In this document: positions 35,388 through 43,477 of the stretch, in pieces
Layout of the letters: each line of letters begins with the position of its first letter
Position numbering within the stretch: position 1 is the first letter of the stretch
Source: Candidatus Woesearchaeota archaeon
GTDB taxonomy: Archaea > Nanobdellota > Nanobdellia > Pacearchaeales > GW2011-AR1
Assembly: GCA_964444095.1 (NCBI GenBank)
Contig: CAYUEW010000001.1
Coordinates: forward strand, 1-52,673
Length of the DNA stretch: 52,673 nucleotides
Reading direction: 5' to 3'
The notes under the pieces: generated by a model
Database searches by the model: none
Seen by the model: only the letters and a program-made list of their open reading frames with translations
What the model was told of the DNA's origin: nothing
Translations under genes and position numbers: made by a program

Positions 35388-35648
35388 ATGCCAGGATACG
35401 ATAGAACAGGACCACAAGGAGAAGGTCCTAAAACCGGAAGAGGAATGGGATATTGCGAAACAAATGTTCCAAGAGGAGTTGGTAGAGGTAGAGGAAATAG
35501 ATTCGGACAAGGTTTAGGACAAGGTTTTGGACGAGGATTTGGACGAAGAAACGTGCCTTACCAAAAGATGACAGCGGAACAGGAAAAAGCAATCTTAGAG
35601 CAAAACCACCAGTATATAGAGAAAAGGTTAAAAGAACTCGAAGAGTAA
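35388..35648 (+). CDS. DUF5320-family small protein (Gly/Arg-rich N-terminus, coiled-coil C-terminus)
   Basis: MPGYDRTGPQGEGPKTGRGMGYC N-terminus characteristic of DUF5320, with RG-rich repeats. Confidence 0.6.
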   Translation: MPGYDRTGPQGEGPKTGRGMGYCETNVPRGVGRGRGNRFGQGLGQGFGRGFGRRNVPYQKMTAEQEKAILEQNHQYIEKRLKELEE

Positions 35649-35655
35649 ATATAAG

Positions 35656-36120
35656 ATGCCAAGACCAAGAAGATGTAGGAGAATTCAGTTTGAACCAAAT
35701 GTGACTCATTTTAGACCAGTTGGCGTTGATTTGAGAAATCTTGATGAATGGATTTTAACGCGTGATGAATTAGAATCTATGAGGCTTGTTGATCATGAAG
35801 GAATTGAGCAGAATGAAGCAGGAAAAAAAATGAAGATTTCTCAACCAACATTTTCTCGACTTTTGAAAAGTGCAAGAAAAAAAGTTGTAGAAGCTTTGGT
35901 TCATGGTAATTCTATAAAAATACAAGGAGGTAATTTTAAGATGGTTCAACCGAGAAGAGAAATTCAAAATGGAAGAGGAAGAATGAGCGGATCTGCTGCT
36001 GGAGGGCTTGGAGGGATATGTAAATGTCCTAAATGTGGGCATGAAGAAGCTCATGAAAGAGCAGTTCCTTGCAATAAAAAAAATTGTTCTAAATGCGGTG
36101 CAAGTATGGTTAGAGGATAA
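35656..36120 (+). CDS. DUF134 (UPF0251) predicted DNA-binding protein with a C-terminal zinc ribbon
   Basis: MPRPRRCRRI..EP....F.P N-terminus, an HTH-like MRLVDHEGIEQNEAGKKMKISQPTFSRLL and a C-terminal CPKCG...CSKCG. Confidence 0.65.
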   Translation: MPRPRRCRRIQFEPNVTHFRPVGVDLRNLDEWILTRDELESMRLVDHEGIEQNEAGKKMKISQPTFSRLLKSARKKVVEALVHGNSIKIQGGNFKMVQPRREIQNGRGRMSGSAAGGLGGICKCPKCGHEEAHERAVPCNKKNCSKCGASMVRG

Positions 36121-36144
36121 TTAAATTACAGGAGGTTTATAAAA

Positions 36145-36516
36145 ATGAAAATAGCAATAAGTTCAATAGGAAAAAATTTAGAAAGTGAAGTAGATGCAAG
36201 ATTTGGCAGATGTGATTATTTTTTAATTGTAGAAATTGAAGATAAGAAAGTAAAAGGTTTTAAAGCAATTGAAAATACAGCAAAAGCACAAACAGGCGGA
36301 GCAGGTATCACAGCAGGAGAGATTGTTGCAAATGAAAAGGTAGATGCAATTATCACTACAAATTTAGGTCCAAGGGCATTTTCTGTTTTTGAACAATTTG
36401 AAATAAAAATTTATCAAGGACAGGGAAAAATTAAAGATGTTGTAGAACAATTTGTTGAAGGAAAATTAAAAGAATTAACAAATGCAACTGGTCCGCAGCA
36501 TAGAGGTTTGAAATAA
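36145..36516 (+). CDS. NifB/NifX-type (dinitrogenase FeMo-cofactor-binding fold) domain protein
   Basis: MKIAISS.G..L.S.VD.RFGRC.YFLIVE N-terminus typical of PF02579-like proteins. Confidence 0.6.
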   Translation: MKIAISSIGKNLESEVDARFGRCDYFLIVEIEDKKVKGFKAIENTAKAQTGGAGITAGEIVANEKVDAIITTNLGPRAFSVFEQFEIKIYQGQGKIKDVVEQFVEGKLKELTNATGPQHRGLK

Positions 36517-36539
36517 AGCAAAACTTTGTAAAAATTAAA

Positions 36540-37412
36540 ATGAAAATAGCAGTAACAGGAGGTAAAGGAGGAACTGGGAAGTCAACAGTGGCAACTTCTT
36601 TAGCTATAGAATTTTCAAGAGAAAAGAAAACTCTTTTGATTGATGCAGATGTTGAATGTCCAAATGATCATTTATTATTAAATGTAAAAAGAAAAAAATA
36701 TTCTAACGTTTATCAACCAATTCCAAAATGGGACTTTAGCAAATGTACCAAATGTGGGAAATGTGCTTCTGTTTGTAAACAAAATGCAATAGTTTTTGTT
36801 AAAGATAAATTTCCAGCTTTTGTAAAAGAAGTTTGCATTGGTTGTAAAGCCTGTATGGTTGCTTGTCCAAATGGTGCTATTTCTATGACCCAAAAACAAA
36901 TAGGAACAATTTATACGGGAAAAAATTATGGAGTAGATTTGGTTATTGGTGAACTTAAAATTGGAGAGTTGGCTTCGGGAGAAATTGTTTCTGCAGTAAG
37001 AGAAAAATCTGAAGAGATTTCAAAAAAATTAAAATCTGAAATAATCCTAATTGATTCTGCTGCGGGAATTGGGTGCCCAGTGATTGCTTCATTGGTTGGC
37101 ACAGATTATATTGTTGCGGTTACAGAACCAACTCCTTCGGCATTACATGATTTAAAACGAGTTTTGTATCTTGCTAGACATTTTAATATCCCCCACGGAA
37201 TTATAATCAATAAATTTGATTTGGAAAAAAGTTTTTGTTCTAAAATTGAATCTTTTGCTAAAAAGAATAAGATTCCAATAATTGGTTATCTGCCTTATAA
37301 AAGAGATTTTGTGGATTCTACAATAAAAATGAAACCGATTGCTGAAATAAATCCGAAATATAAAAAAATATTTGCAGAAATAATTAAGCATATTGGTGTT
37401 GAAGAAAAATGA
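36540..37412 (+). CDS. MinD-superfamily P-loop ATPase with an inserted 2x[4Fe-4S] ferredoxin domain
   Basis: Walker A GGKGGTGKST plus two Cys clusters, CTKCGKCASVC and CIGCKACMVACP. Confidence 0.75.
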   Translation: MKIAVTGGKGGTGKSTVATSLAIEFSREKKTLLIDADVECPNDHLLLNVKRKKYSNVYQPIPKWDFSKCTKCGKCASVCKQNAIVFVKDKFPAFVKEVCIGCKACMVACPNGAISMTQKQIGTIYTGKNYGVDLVIGELKIGELASGEIVSAVREKSEEISKKLKSEIILIDSAAGIGCPVIASLVGTDYIVAVTEPTPSALHDLKRVLYLARHFNIPHGIIINKFDLEKSFCSKIESFAKKNKIPIIGYLPYKRDFVDSTIKMKPIAEINPKYKKIFAEIIKHIGVEEK

Positions 37413-37834
37413 ATAAATCAAAGATAGTTTCAGCTTTAATTAAATCAGGAAGAGCGTTGTTTAACTCAGTTCCTTTAATCTTTGGGACTGTTTTACTTAT
37501 TAGTCTATTTATAAAATTAGTTCCTCCATCTTTTTACCTTAAAATTTTTACAAATAATGTTCTTTTTGATTCTTTTATTGGGAGTTTAGTCGGAAGTGTG
37601 TCTGCTGGAACACCACTCACAAGTTATCTTATTGGAGGAGAATTATTAAAAGGAGGTGTCGGATTGATTGCGGTTACTGCGTTTATTGTTGCATGGGTTA
37701 CTGTGGGGATTGTGCAACTTCCTGCAGAGTCTATGGTTCTTGGGAAAAAATTCGCGTTAATTAGAAATCTTTTGAGTTTTATTTTTGCAATTATCGTAGC
37801 TATATTAACTGTTTTAATCTTGGGGGCAATTTAA
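37409..37834 (+). CDS. Membrane protein, first half of a split permease-like pair
   Basis: 4 TM. The start overlaps the upstream stop (ATGA). Confidence 0.45.
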   Translation: MNKSKIVSALIKSGRALFNSVPLIFGTVLLISLFIKLVPPSFYLKIFTNNVLFDSFIGSLVGSVSAGTPLTSYLIGGELLKGGVGLIAVTAFIVAWVTVGIVQLPAESMVLGKKFALIRNLLSFIFAIIVAILTVLILGAI

Positions 37835-38338
37835 ATGGATTTTAAAAAAATTCCTGGTTCTTGGTATTTTTTATTAATTGTTATTCTTTCTTATCTTTTC
37901 TTATTTATATTTCATCCTGAAATATATCATTCTTGCTTGGAATTTTTTGCCAAGATTATTTCAGAAATCCTTCCTATCTTTGTTTTAATTTTTGTTTTAA
38001 TGGTGATAACAAATCTTTTGTTTGATTCTAAATTTATTTCTAAGCATATTCAAAAAGAAAAAGGAATTGGAAAATGGATATTTGTGGTAATGGGGGGAAT
38101 TTTATCTACCGGCCCAATTTATATGTGGTATCCTTTGCTTGCAAATTTAAAAGAGAAAGGATTGTCTCAAGGATTAATTGCTACTTTCCTTTACAATCGG
38201 GCAATTAAACTTCCTTTTCTTCCTTTAATGATTTTTTATTTTGGTGTTAAATATGTGTTGGTGTTGGGTTTAGTTATGATTTTTTTGTCTGTTATTCAAG
38301 GAAAAATTATAAATAAATTCATGGAGGTTAAAAAATGA
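37835..38338 (+). CDS. Membrane protein, second half of a split permease-like pair
   Basis: 4-5 TM. It starts immediately after the upstream stop, and its stop overlaps the next start. Confidence 0.45.
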   Translation: MDFKKIPGSWYFLLIVILSYLFLFIFHPEIYHSCLEFFAKIISEILPIFVLIFVLMVITNLLFDSKFISKHIQKEKGIGKWIFVVMGGILSTGPIYMWYPLLANLKEKGLSQGLIATFLYNRAIKLPFLPLMIFYFGVKYVLVLGLVMIFLSVIQGKIINKFMEVKK

Positions 38339-38625
38339 AAATTGCAATTGCTTCAGAAGGAAAAGAAGAAACGTCAGAGATTAGTTTAAAAGGTGCAAGG
38401 GCTCCTTATTATCTTTTGTTCAAAGAAAAGAAACTATTAGAAGTAATAAAAAATCCTTTTGCTGTGGGAGGAGGCGGTGCTGGTTGGTCTGTTGCGCATA
38501 TGTTAGCAGAGAAAAAAATTGATTTAGTTATTGCAGGGAGAATCGGGTCGAATATGGAATCTGCTTTGAAAGAAAAAAAGTTGAAATGTAAAGAAGCTAA
38601 TGGGAAAGTTCAAAGTGTTTTGTAG
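38335..38625 (+). CDS. Second NifB/NifX-type domain protein (short)
   Basis: MKIAIASEG......G.RAPYYLLF N-terminus, paralogous to 36145..36516. Confidence 0.55.
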   Translation: MKIAIASEGKEETSEISLKGARAPYYLLFKEKKLLEVIKNPFAVGGGGAGWSVAHMLAEKKIDLVIAGRIGSNMESALKEKKLKCKEANGKVQSVL

Positions 38626-38658
38626 TTAATTTTATTAATCCCTTTACTATCTACTTTT

Positions 38659-38862
38659 ATGTCAAAAAACACGAAAATTATTGGAGTGATAATTACTTTG
38701 GTTGGAATAGCACTTAGCATGGTTTATTTGTTTTCTCTTTTTGAAGGTTCTTTTGTACTTTTGATTTATGGCATTCCTCTTTTTATTATTGGAATAATTA
38801 TATTACTTAATAGAAAAGAAGATGTGATTGAGCAAATAAAATCAACAGGAGGTAAAAAATGA
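38659..38862 (+). CDS. Small membrane protein (2 TM)
   Basis: 67-aa hydrophobic ORF whose stop overlaps the start of the YbjQ-like gene. Confidence 0.4.
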   Translation: MSKNTKIIGVIITLVGIALSMVYLFSLFEGSFVLLIYGIPLFIIGIIILLNRKEDVIEQIKSTGGKK

Positions 38863-39182
38863 GTAATGTTATTGTAACAACTGCAAATGAAATTCCAAAT
38901 AAGAAAGTAGTTGAAGTTTTAGGAATTGTGAAGGGAAACACTGTGCGAGCGAGAAATATTGGAAGAGATCTTGGTGCTGGTTTCAAAAGCATGGTTGGTG
39001 GAGAAATAAAAACTTACACGGATATGATTGGTCATTCAAGAGAAGAAGCTTACAACCGAATGATTAACCAAGCAATTGATTTGAAAGCAGATGCAATTGT
39101 TGGAGTTAGATTTATGACTTCAATGATAATGCAAGGTGCTTCAGAAATGTTGGCTTACGGAACTGCTGTTAAGGTGAAGTAG
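38859..39182 (+). CDS. YbjQ/UPF0145 family protein
   Basis: VTTANEIPNKKVVEVLGIVKGNTVRARNIGRDLGAGFKSMVGGEI..Y pattern typical of UPF0145. Confidence 0.75.
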   Translation: MSNVIVTTANEIPNKKVVEVLGIVKGNTVRARNIGRDLGAGFKSMVGGEIKTYTDMIGHSREEAYNRMINQAIDLKADAIVGVRFMTSMIMQGASEMLAYGTAVKVK

Positions 39183-39187
39183 AAGGA

Positions 39188-41647
39188 TTATTTTTTCTTT
39201 TTTATTCTAACTTTTCTTATTTTTGGACTTCTTACAGGGTGTTTTTTTCTTTTTATTTCTCTTTTTAATTCAAGTCTGTTTAGTTTCTTTTGCATTCTAC
39301 TAATGTGTGTATCGTGATTAAATTTAGGACGGTGAGGGTCGTTTCCAAATTGGATTTCTCCTCGGATATTTAAGGTTTTGAATAATATTATTGTAAAACC
39401 CACAATTGCTCCAATCAAAATTAAATCTCTGATTAAAGGATCTTGCATGAATGAGGTATTCAATGAAATTGGTTTTATGTTTTTGTAAATATATGCGATT
39501 AAGGCAATTCCTGCAGAAATTCCTATCAAGATAAATCCTGATTTGAATATTATTCTAAATGATTCTCTTAAATTTATTTTTGAAATTGTTTTTTGATGAG
39601 GAGCACATTTCTTTTTTTGTCTAAGAAATAGAATTAGTAAGACAATAATTCCAATAAGTGCAATTAGTTCTATACAAATAATAATTGGATTTGTTTCTGG
39701 ATTGAACGGATTTATTTTTTTGATTATGTCCTCTATTTTTTTCTTGATTTCATCAATTCCGCTTTCCTCTTCTTCATCCACTACTCCTCCTGTTATTCCT
39801 GCTGCAGAACCCCCCCCTTTAGGGGGACTTGTTGATGCGGTAAATGTATCATAGAAACTGTCTCTTCTGCTTCCGAGGTTATAATAATCTGCATGGCATT
39901 GTAAAACATAAGAAGTTCCATCTGTGAATGTTGAAGGGACTGCAAAGGCTCTGGTTATTGAAACAGCACTTTTCGTAATCATTTGATTAAAATTAACAGA
40001 ACTATATTGATATGTTCCATCGGAAATATAACAAGTGAAGTCTATTTCTTTTTGCATTGTTTGAGATTCTTCAACATAGGCTGTCAGGATACAATTCATA
40101 TCTGTTCCAATTGTTCCTGTTGAAGGGCAGGCCACATCTAAATGAAATGTTCCTGTTTTGTTTTCTATTCCTTCGAGGGCGAGGGCGCTTCTTAATTCTG
40201 TATCATAAAAATCAAAAGAGATGTTAAACCAATTTTGACTTAAATTTCTATCCCTTAACTCTAGTTCAATATATCCATCTTCTAAAAATTCTAATTCATA
40301 ATCTGTATGTTGAGTTAAGGTATCTGTTAAATTTTCTACAGTTATGTTTGATAAGATATTGCTTATTTCAAAAATATTTTTTATGTTGAATCCTTGTCCG
40401 AAACTTAATCTCACATCTATGTTGCCTATTCCTGTGCCATTGATATCTACGAAAGACGATAAATTCACGATTGAGTTAATCGTTGTATCGCTTGTCCATT
40501 GCCAATCTAATTCTATATTTATTTCATCTGAAGTAATATTGAAACTAGGGGAGGTTGTAAAATATCCTACAAGTTCTGTGTGAGAGTCGTCTAGCACCCA
40601 CACATTTGTTGAAGCATAACATTCTGATGTTTGTCCCATAAGATATTGTTCTTCTGGAATTGTGAATTTCCTACATTGCATTTGTGTGGTGTTTGTTGAA
40701 ATCCCTCTTATATCTGAGTCTTCTTCTGTATTGTATGCTATTAAAATCCTATCTAAATCAGCATTATTGTCTGTTCCCTTGCTACATCTGACTTGGTAAT
40801 TTATATGGAGAGGAATTCTATTTGAGTAGGCTACATTTGTTACATTTGCGCAAATAAAGATTTCTTTTTTTAATTCATAATTTGATTTACCTGTGACTGT
40901 ATTTACTTCAAGCCAGCTTGATGTTGTGAAGAAACCTTTTGCAAAACCAATTGAATCTACTACGGATATGCCATCTTCATCAATACATTCTGTTCCACTT
41001 GTGTCGCTTCCACAATAGCAAATAATTTTGTAAGCATAATCTGTGGCTTCATCAAATCTTGTAGGGTGCAGAATATCTGAAACTTTCACTTCCCCGTTAA
41101 CCATTCTGGTGTCGTGATACAATAACATTTTTGTTTCATCATTGCTCCAACCAGAAATTTTACAGAATCCTCCTGTAATCTTTTTTCCGTTTTCATCTTT
41201 TACTATCCCTTGCATTGAACCTACTAGTCCTAAGAATCCTCCTCCAAAAGTTGAGTTTGTTATTATGAGGGTGCTTGCAGCGAATCCAGTGGAGGTTACA
41301 TTTGCTGTAGCATTTTGAAGAACAGCAAGACCAGTACCGTTTAGAGAAACATTTAGGAAAATTCCATTTGGCCAAGTCGTTGGGATTGTAAAAGATTGGT
41401 AGAATAATTGGTTTTTTACTGCAGAAGTTGTTCCATAGTCTAACTCAAATTGATATCCTGAAGAATTTGTCCAATTCACATTGTAGGGGGTGTTTTTTTC
41501 ACCAGGTTCTGAACAAGACATTGCGGATGTTGCTGTTTCTCCTGCTAAATAATCTGTTTTATCTAATGTAATTGTACAAGAGGCGTAGACTAATGGTAAG
41601 AGGAATAAAATGAATATCGCAATTAAAGAAAAGTATTTGGCTTTCAT
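39188..41647 (-). CDS. Large surface protein: Sec signal, about 640-aa sequon-rich ectodomain, 3 C-terminal TM helices, basic tail
   Basis: MKAKYFSLIAIFILFLLPLVYASC signal with a lipobox-like ASC, many N-x-S/T sites, an acidic stalk, TM helices and a KRKKHPVRSPKIRKVRIKKKK tail. Confidence 0.6.
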   Translation of the reverse strand: MKAKYFSLIAIFILFLLPLVYASCTITLDKTDYLAGETATSAMSCSEPGEKNTPYNVNWTNSSGYQFELDYGTTSAVKNQLFYQSFTIPTTWPNGIFLNVSLNGTGLAVLQNATANVTSTGFAASTLIITNSTFGGGFLGLVGSMQGIVKDENGKKITGGFCKISGWSNDETKMLLYHDTRMVNGEVKVSDILHPTRFDEATDYAYKIICYCGSDTSGTECIDEDGISVVDSIGFAKGFFTTSSWLEVNTVTGKSNYELKKEIFICANVTNVAYSNRIPLHINYQVRCSKGTDNNADLDRILIAYNTEEDSDIRGISTNTTQMQCRKFTIPEEQYLMGQTSECYASTNVWVLDDSHTELVGYFTTSPSFNITSDEINIELDWQWTSDTTINSIVNLSSFVDINGTGIGNIDVRLSFGQGFNIKNIFEISNILSNITVENLTDTLTQHTDYELEFLEDGYIELELRDRNLSQNWFNISFDFYDTELRSALALEGIENKTGTFHLDVACPSTGTIGTDMNCILTAYVEESQTMQKEIDFTCYISDGTYQYSSVNFNQMITKSAVSITRAFAVPSTFTDGTSYVLQCHADYYNLGSRRDSFYDTFTASTSPPKGGGSAAGITGGVVDEEEESGIDEIKKKIEDIIKKINPFNPETNPIIICIELIALIGIIVLLILFLRQKKKCAPHQKTISKINLRESFRIIFKSGFILIGISAGIALIAYIYKNIKPISLNTSFMQDPLIRDLILIGAIVGFTIILFKTLNIRGEIQFGNDPHRPKFNHDTHISRMQKKLNRLELKREIKRKKHPVRSPKIRKVRIKKKK

Positions 41648-41841
41648 TGTTTGTCCTCCCAGAAATATATTTTTGCCATACCTACTTTTCTTATTTTAAC
41701 TTTTTCTGCTCCTTCTAAAAATGCGAAACAGTTAGAAATTGTTTGCCTCGATAAATTTAATTTTTTGGATAATTCAGAAATCGTGAACCCATTTGAATTT
41801 TTCTTTAATTCTTTTATGATTATTTCTCTGTTTTTATCCAT
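41644..41841 (-). CDS. Small winged-HTH DNA-binding protein (65 aa)
   Basis: FTISELSKKLNLSRQTISNCFAFLEGAEKVKIRKVGMAKIY is a classic HTH-plus-wing pattern. The stop overlaps the ATG of the 819-aa gene (ATGA). The ORF-track N-terminal extension overlaps tRNA-Thr and is rejected. Confidence 0.6.
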   Translation of the reverse strand: MDKNREIIIKELKKNSNGFTISELSKKLNLSRQTISNCFAFLEGAEKVKIRKVGMAKIYFWEDKQ

Positions 41842-41849
41842 TCTATTGT

Positions 41850-41887
41850 AAATCAATATTGATTTCTTTATTAAATACAATATTGTA
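41850..41887 (-). promoter_or_regulatory. Twin palindromes sharing a CAATATTG core (aaatcaatattgattt at 41850-41865; tacaatattgta at 41876-41887)
   Basis: Both are perfect palindromes by hand check. They bracket the TATA-like tatttaataaa of the wHTH gene, and the proximal one lies 9-24 nt upstream of the ATG. Confidence 0.5.
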
Positions 41888-41936
41888 AAGCAATAAATAG
41901 TATTTAAGAGTTTTGTTTTAGAAGATTGAGAAGAAA

Positions 41937-42008
41937 AGCCTGCGGAGAGATTTGAACTCCCGACCCTCTGCTTACAAGGCAGATGCTCTACCACTGAGCT
42001 ACACAGGC
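41937..42008 (-). tRNA. tRNA-Thr (anticodon UGU)
   Basis: Hand fold: acceptor GCCTGTG/CGCAGGC, anticodon arm TCTGC-CTTGTAA-GCAGA, T arm GGGAG-TTCAAAT-CTCTC. Confidence 0.85.
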
Positions 42009-42045
42009 ATAGAGTTATGAAGAATTAATTGCTTTAAAAGATTTC

Positions 42046-42582
42046 TTATTCTTTGTTTTTAACTTGAAAGATTCTAATTTCACAAAGAGCAAGAGGATAA
42101 ATTTTCTTAAGTTTTAAACTCAAAATTTTTTGAATTCTATTCTTGATTATGTCGTTAAAGACTTCATCAGATTCTTTATCTTTTACATAATTTGTTAATT
42201 CTTCTTTAGCTTTGTCTCTCAAAGCTTTTTTCACAGCCCTTGAAACTCTTCTTCTTGTAACTAAGAAAGGTTTTATTTGTACTTGGACATTTTTACAAGG
42301 AGCAAAAAAAGAATCTTCTACATAATTAGTTCCTTTCCTTACCATTCTTTTTAGAAAGTATGGCATTAACATTACTTTCTGAGGATAAGCAACTGCCTTA
42401 TCCCCTTCAAGTTTTATTTTGGTGGTTAAAAGCATACTTTTTCCTCTTAAGAATCGTGTTAGATCATATTTGATGAATCTTCCTTCTAAGTCTTCAAGAG
42501 CATATGCTTGTGATTGAGTTACTTTCTCAATGATTGGAATTTCCACGTCAAAAAATTTCTTTTTTCGTTTTGCTTTTGCCAT
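42046..42582 (-). CDS. rps3ae: 30S ribosomal protein S3Ae (eS1)
   Basis: MAKAKRKKKFFDVEIP N-terminus and overall pattern. About 180 aa. Confidence 0.8.
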   Translation of the reverse strand: MAKAKRKKKFFDVEIPIIEKVTQSQAYALEDLEGRFIKYDLTRFLRGKSMLLTTKIKLEGDKAVAYPQKVMLMPYFLKRMVRKGTNYVEDSFFAPCKNVQVQIKPFLVTRRRVSRAVKKALRDKAKEELTNYVKDKESDEVFNDIIKNRIQKILSLKLKKIYPLALCEIRIFQVKNKE

Positions 42583-42583
42583 T

Positions 42584-42895
42584 TTATTCTTGTATTACTT
42601 TACCTGCCCTTTTACCTTTTTTCTGATATTTTGATTTGCCACATTCACTACAAATATACATGATATTTGTCTTCTTATTAGTCTTTACTTTTCTCTTGAA
42701 TTTGCTTACTGCTGGTTTAGAACCCCATTTCCCCTTATTTCCGATACCTATCCCGAGCCCTCTCCCTTTAGCTCTAGCGATGCTCCCTCTTGTTAAGGTT
42801 CCTCTCTTTGCTCCAGTAGACACTACCTTTATTTTTTGTTCTGTTCTTTTTTTACAATATGGACAAAATCTCTTTGTTGTCTTAGGAATTTTCAT
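42584..42895 (-). CDS. rpl44e: 50S ribosomal protein L44e (eL42)
   Basis: MKIPKTTKRFCPYCKKRTEQKIK and a distal CSECGKS form the zinc ribbon. Highly basic, about 100 aa. Confidence 0.75.
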   Translation of the reverse strand: MKIPKTTKRFCPYCKKRTEQKIKVVSTGAKRGTLTRGSIARAKGRGLGIGIGNKGKWGSKPAVSKFKRKVKTNKKTNIMYICSECGKSKYQKKGKRAGKVIQE

Positions 42896-42935
42896 AATGG
42901 AAAAAGAGGATTTGGGTTTTTAAAGTTAATTAAAG

Positions 42936-43007
42936 TGGTCCTGCGCAGAATCGGACTGCGGTTACTTCCACGTCAAGGAAGCGTCTTAACCACTGGACTA
43001 CAGGACC
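42936..43007 (-). tRNA. tRNA-Val (anticodon GAC)
   Basis: Hand fold: acceptor GGTCCTG/CAGGACC, anticodon arm CTTCC-TTGACGT-GGAAG, T arm CGCAG-TCCGATT-CTGCG with a non-canonical T loop. Confidence 0.75.
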
Positions 43008-43059
43008 GTGCATTTAGATGCGAAGAAATATTTAAATAGTTTCTTTTGCAATTTTACTT

Positions 43060-43257
43060 ATGAGAAAAGGAGGAATGGTAATTGCGTTTGTGTATTTAAT
43101 TTTTGGGTTATATTTTATTAATTCTGCTCTTAATTTTATAACTTTACCTTCTTTAATAGGAAGTCTTGACAAATGGATAACTTTTGGGGGAGGATTGTTG
43201 ATTCTTCTTGGGGGATTTAGTTTTTGGAAAATACGTAGAGAAAAATTTAGATATTAA
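43060..43257 (+). CDS. Small membrane protein (2 TM)
   Basis: 65-aa hydrophobic ORF preceded by the TATA-like gaaatatttaaatag element at about 43025-43039. Confidence 0.4.
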   Translation: MRKGGMVIAFVYLIFGLYFINSALNFITLPSLIGSLDKWITFGGGLLILLGGFSFWKIRREKFRY

Positions 43258-43277
43258 TATTGATTATTTTTTATTAC

Positions 43278-43296
43278 TAACTTACTAAGTAAGTTA
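43278..43296. promoter_or_regulatory. Perfect 9-1-9 inverted repeat taacttact-a-agtaagtta
   Basis: Hand-verified reverse-complementary arms. It lies 21 nt after the stop of 43060..43257 and about 12 nt upstream of the TATA-like ttttatata that precedes the ORF at 43340. Confidence 0.4.
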
Positions 43297-43339
43297 ATTA
43301 TTAAGAAGTTTTATATACTTAATTTTATTATACAGACTG

Positions 43340-43477
43340 ATGAAGAAATACTTGCTTCTTATAGAGGATGAGAAACTTTGGGGTAAATTTAAAGAAAGTA
43401 TAGAAAAAGATATTAATAGTGAAATTTTAAAATTGATAAAGGAGAAAGTAAATCCAGAGGTGACCAATGAAAAATAA
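43340..43477 (+). CDS. Small ORF (45 aa) with a ribbon-helix-helix-like pattern, absent from the ORF track
   Basis: MKKYLLLIEDEKLWGKFKESIEKDINSEILKLIKEKVNPEVTNEK reads as a short beta strand followed by two helices. It overlaps the start of the 611-aa gene by 11 nt, and a TATA-like box lies about 25 nt upstream. Confidence 0.4.
   Translation: MKKYLLLIEDEKLWGKFKESIEKDINSEILKLIKEKVNPEVTNEK

Noticed and set aside
41842-41994. N-terminal 51-codon extension of the ORF-track entry 41644..41994
   Set aside because: The extension runs through tRNA-Thr (41937-42008), and its translation (MVEHLPCKQRVGSSNLSAG...) is the typical antisense or in-frame read-through of a tRNA gene. The internal ATG at 41841 gives a complete wHTH with its own TATA-like box.
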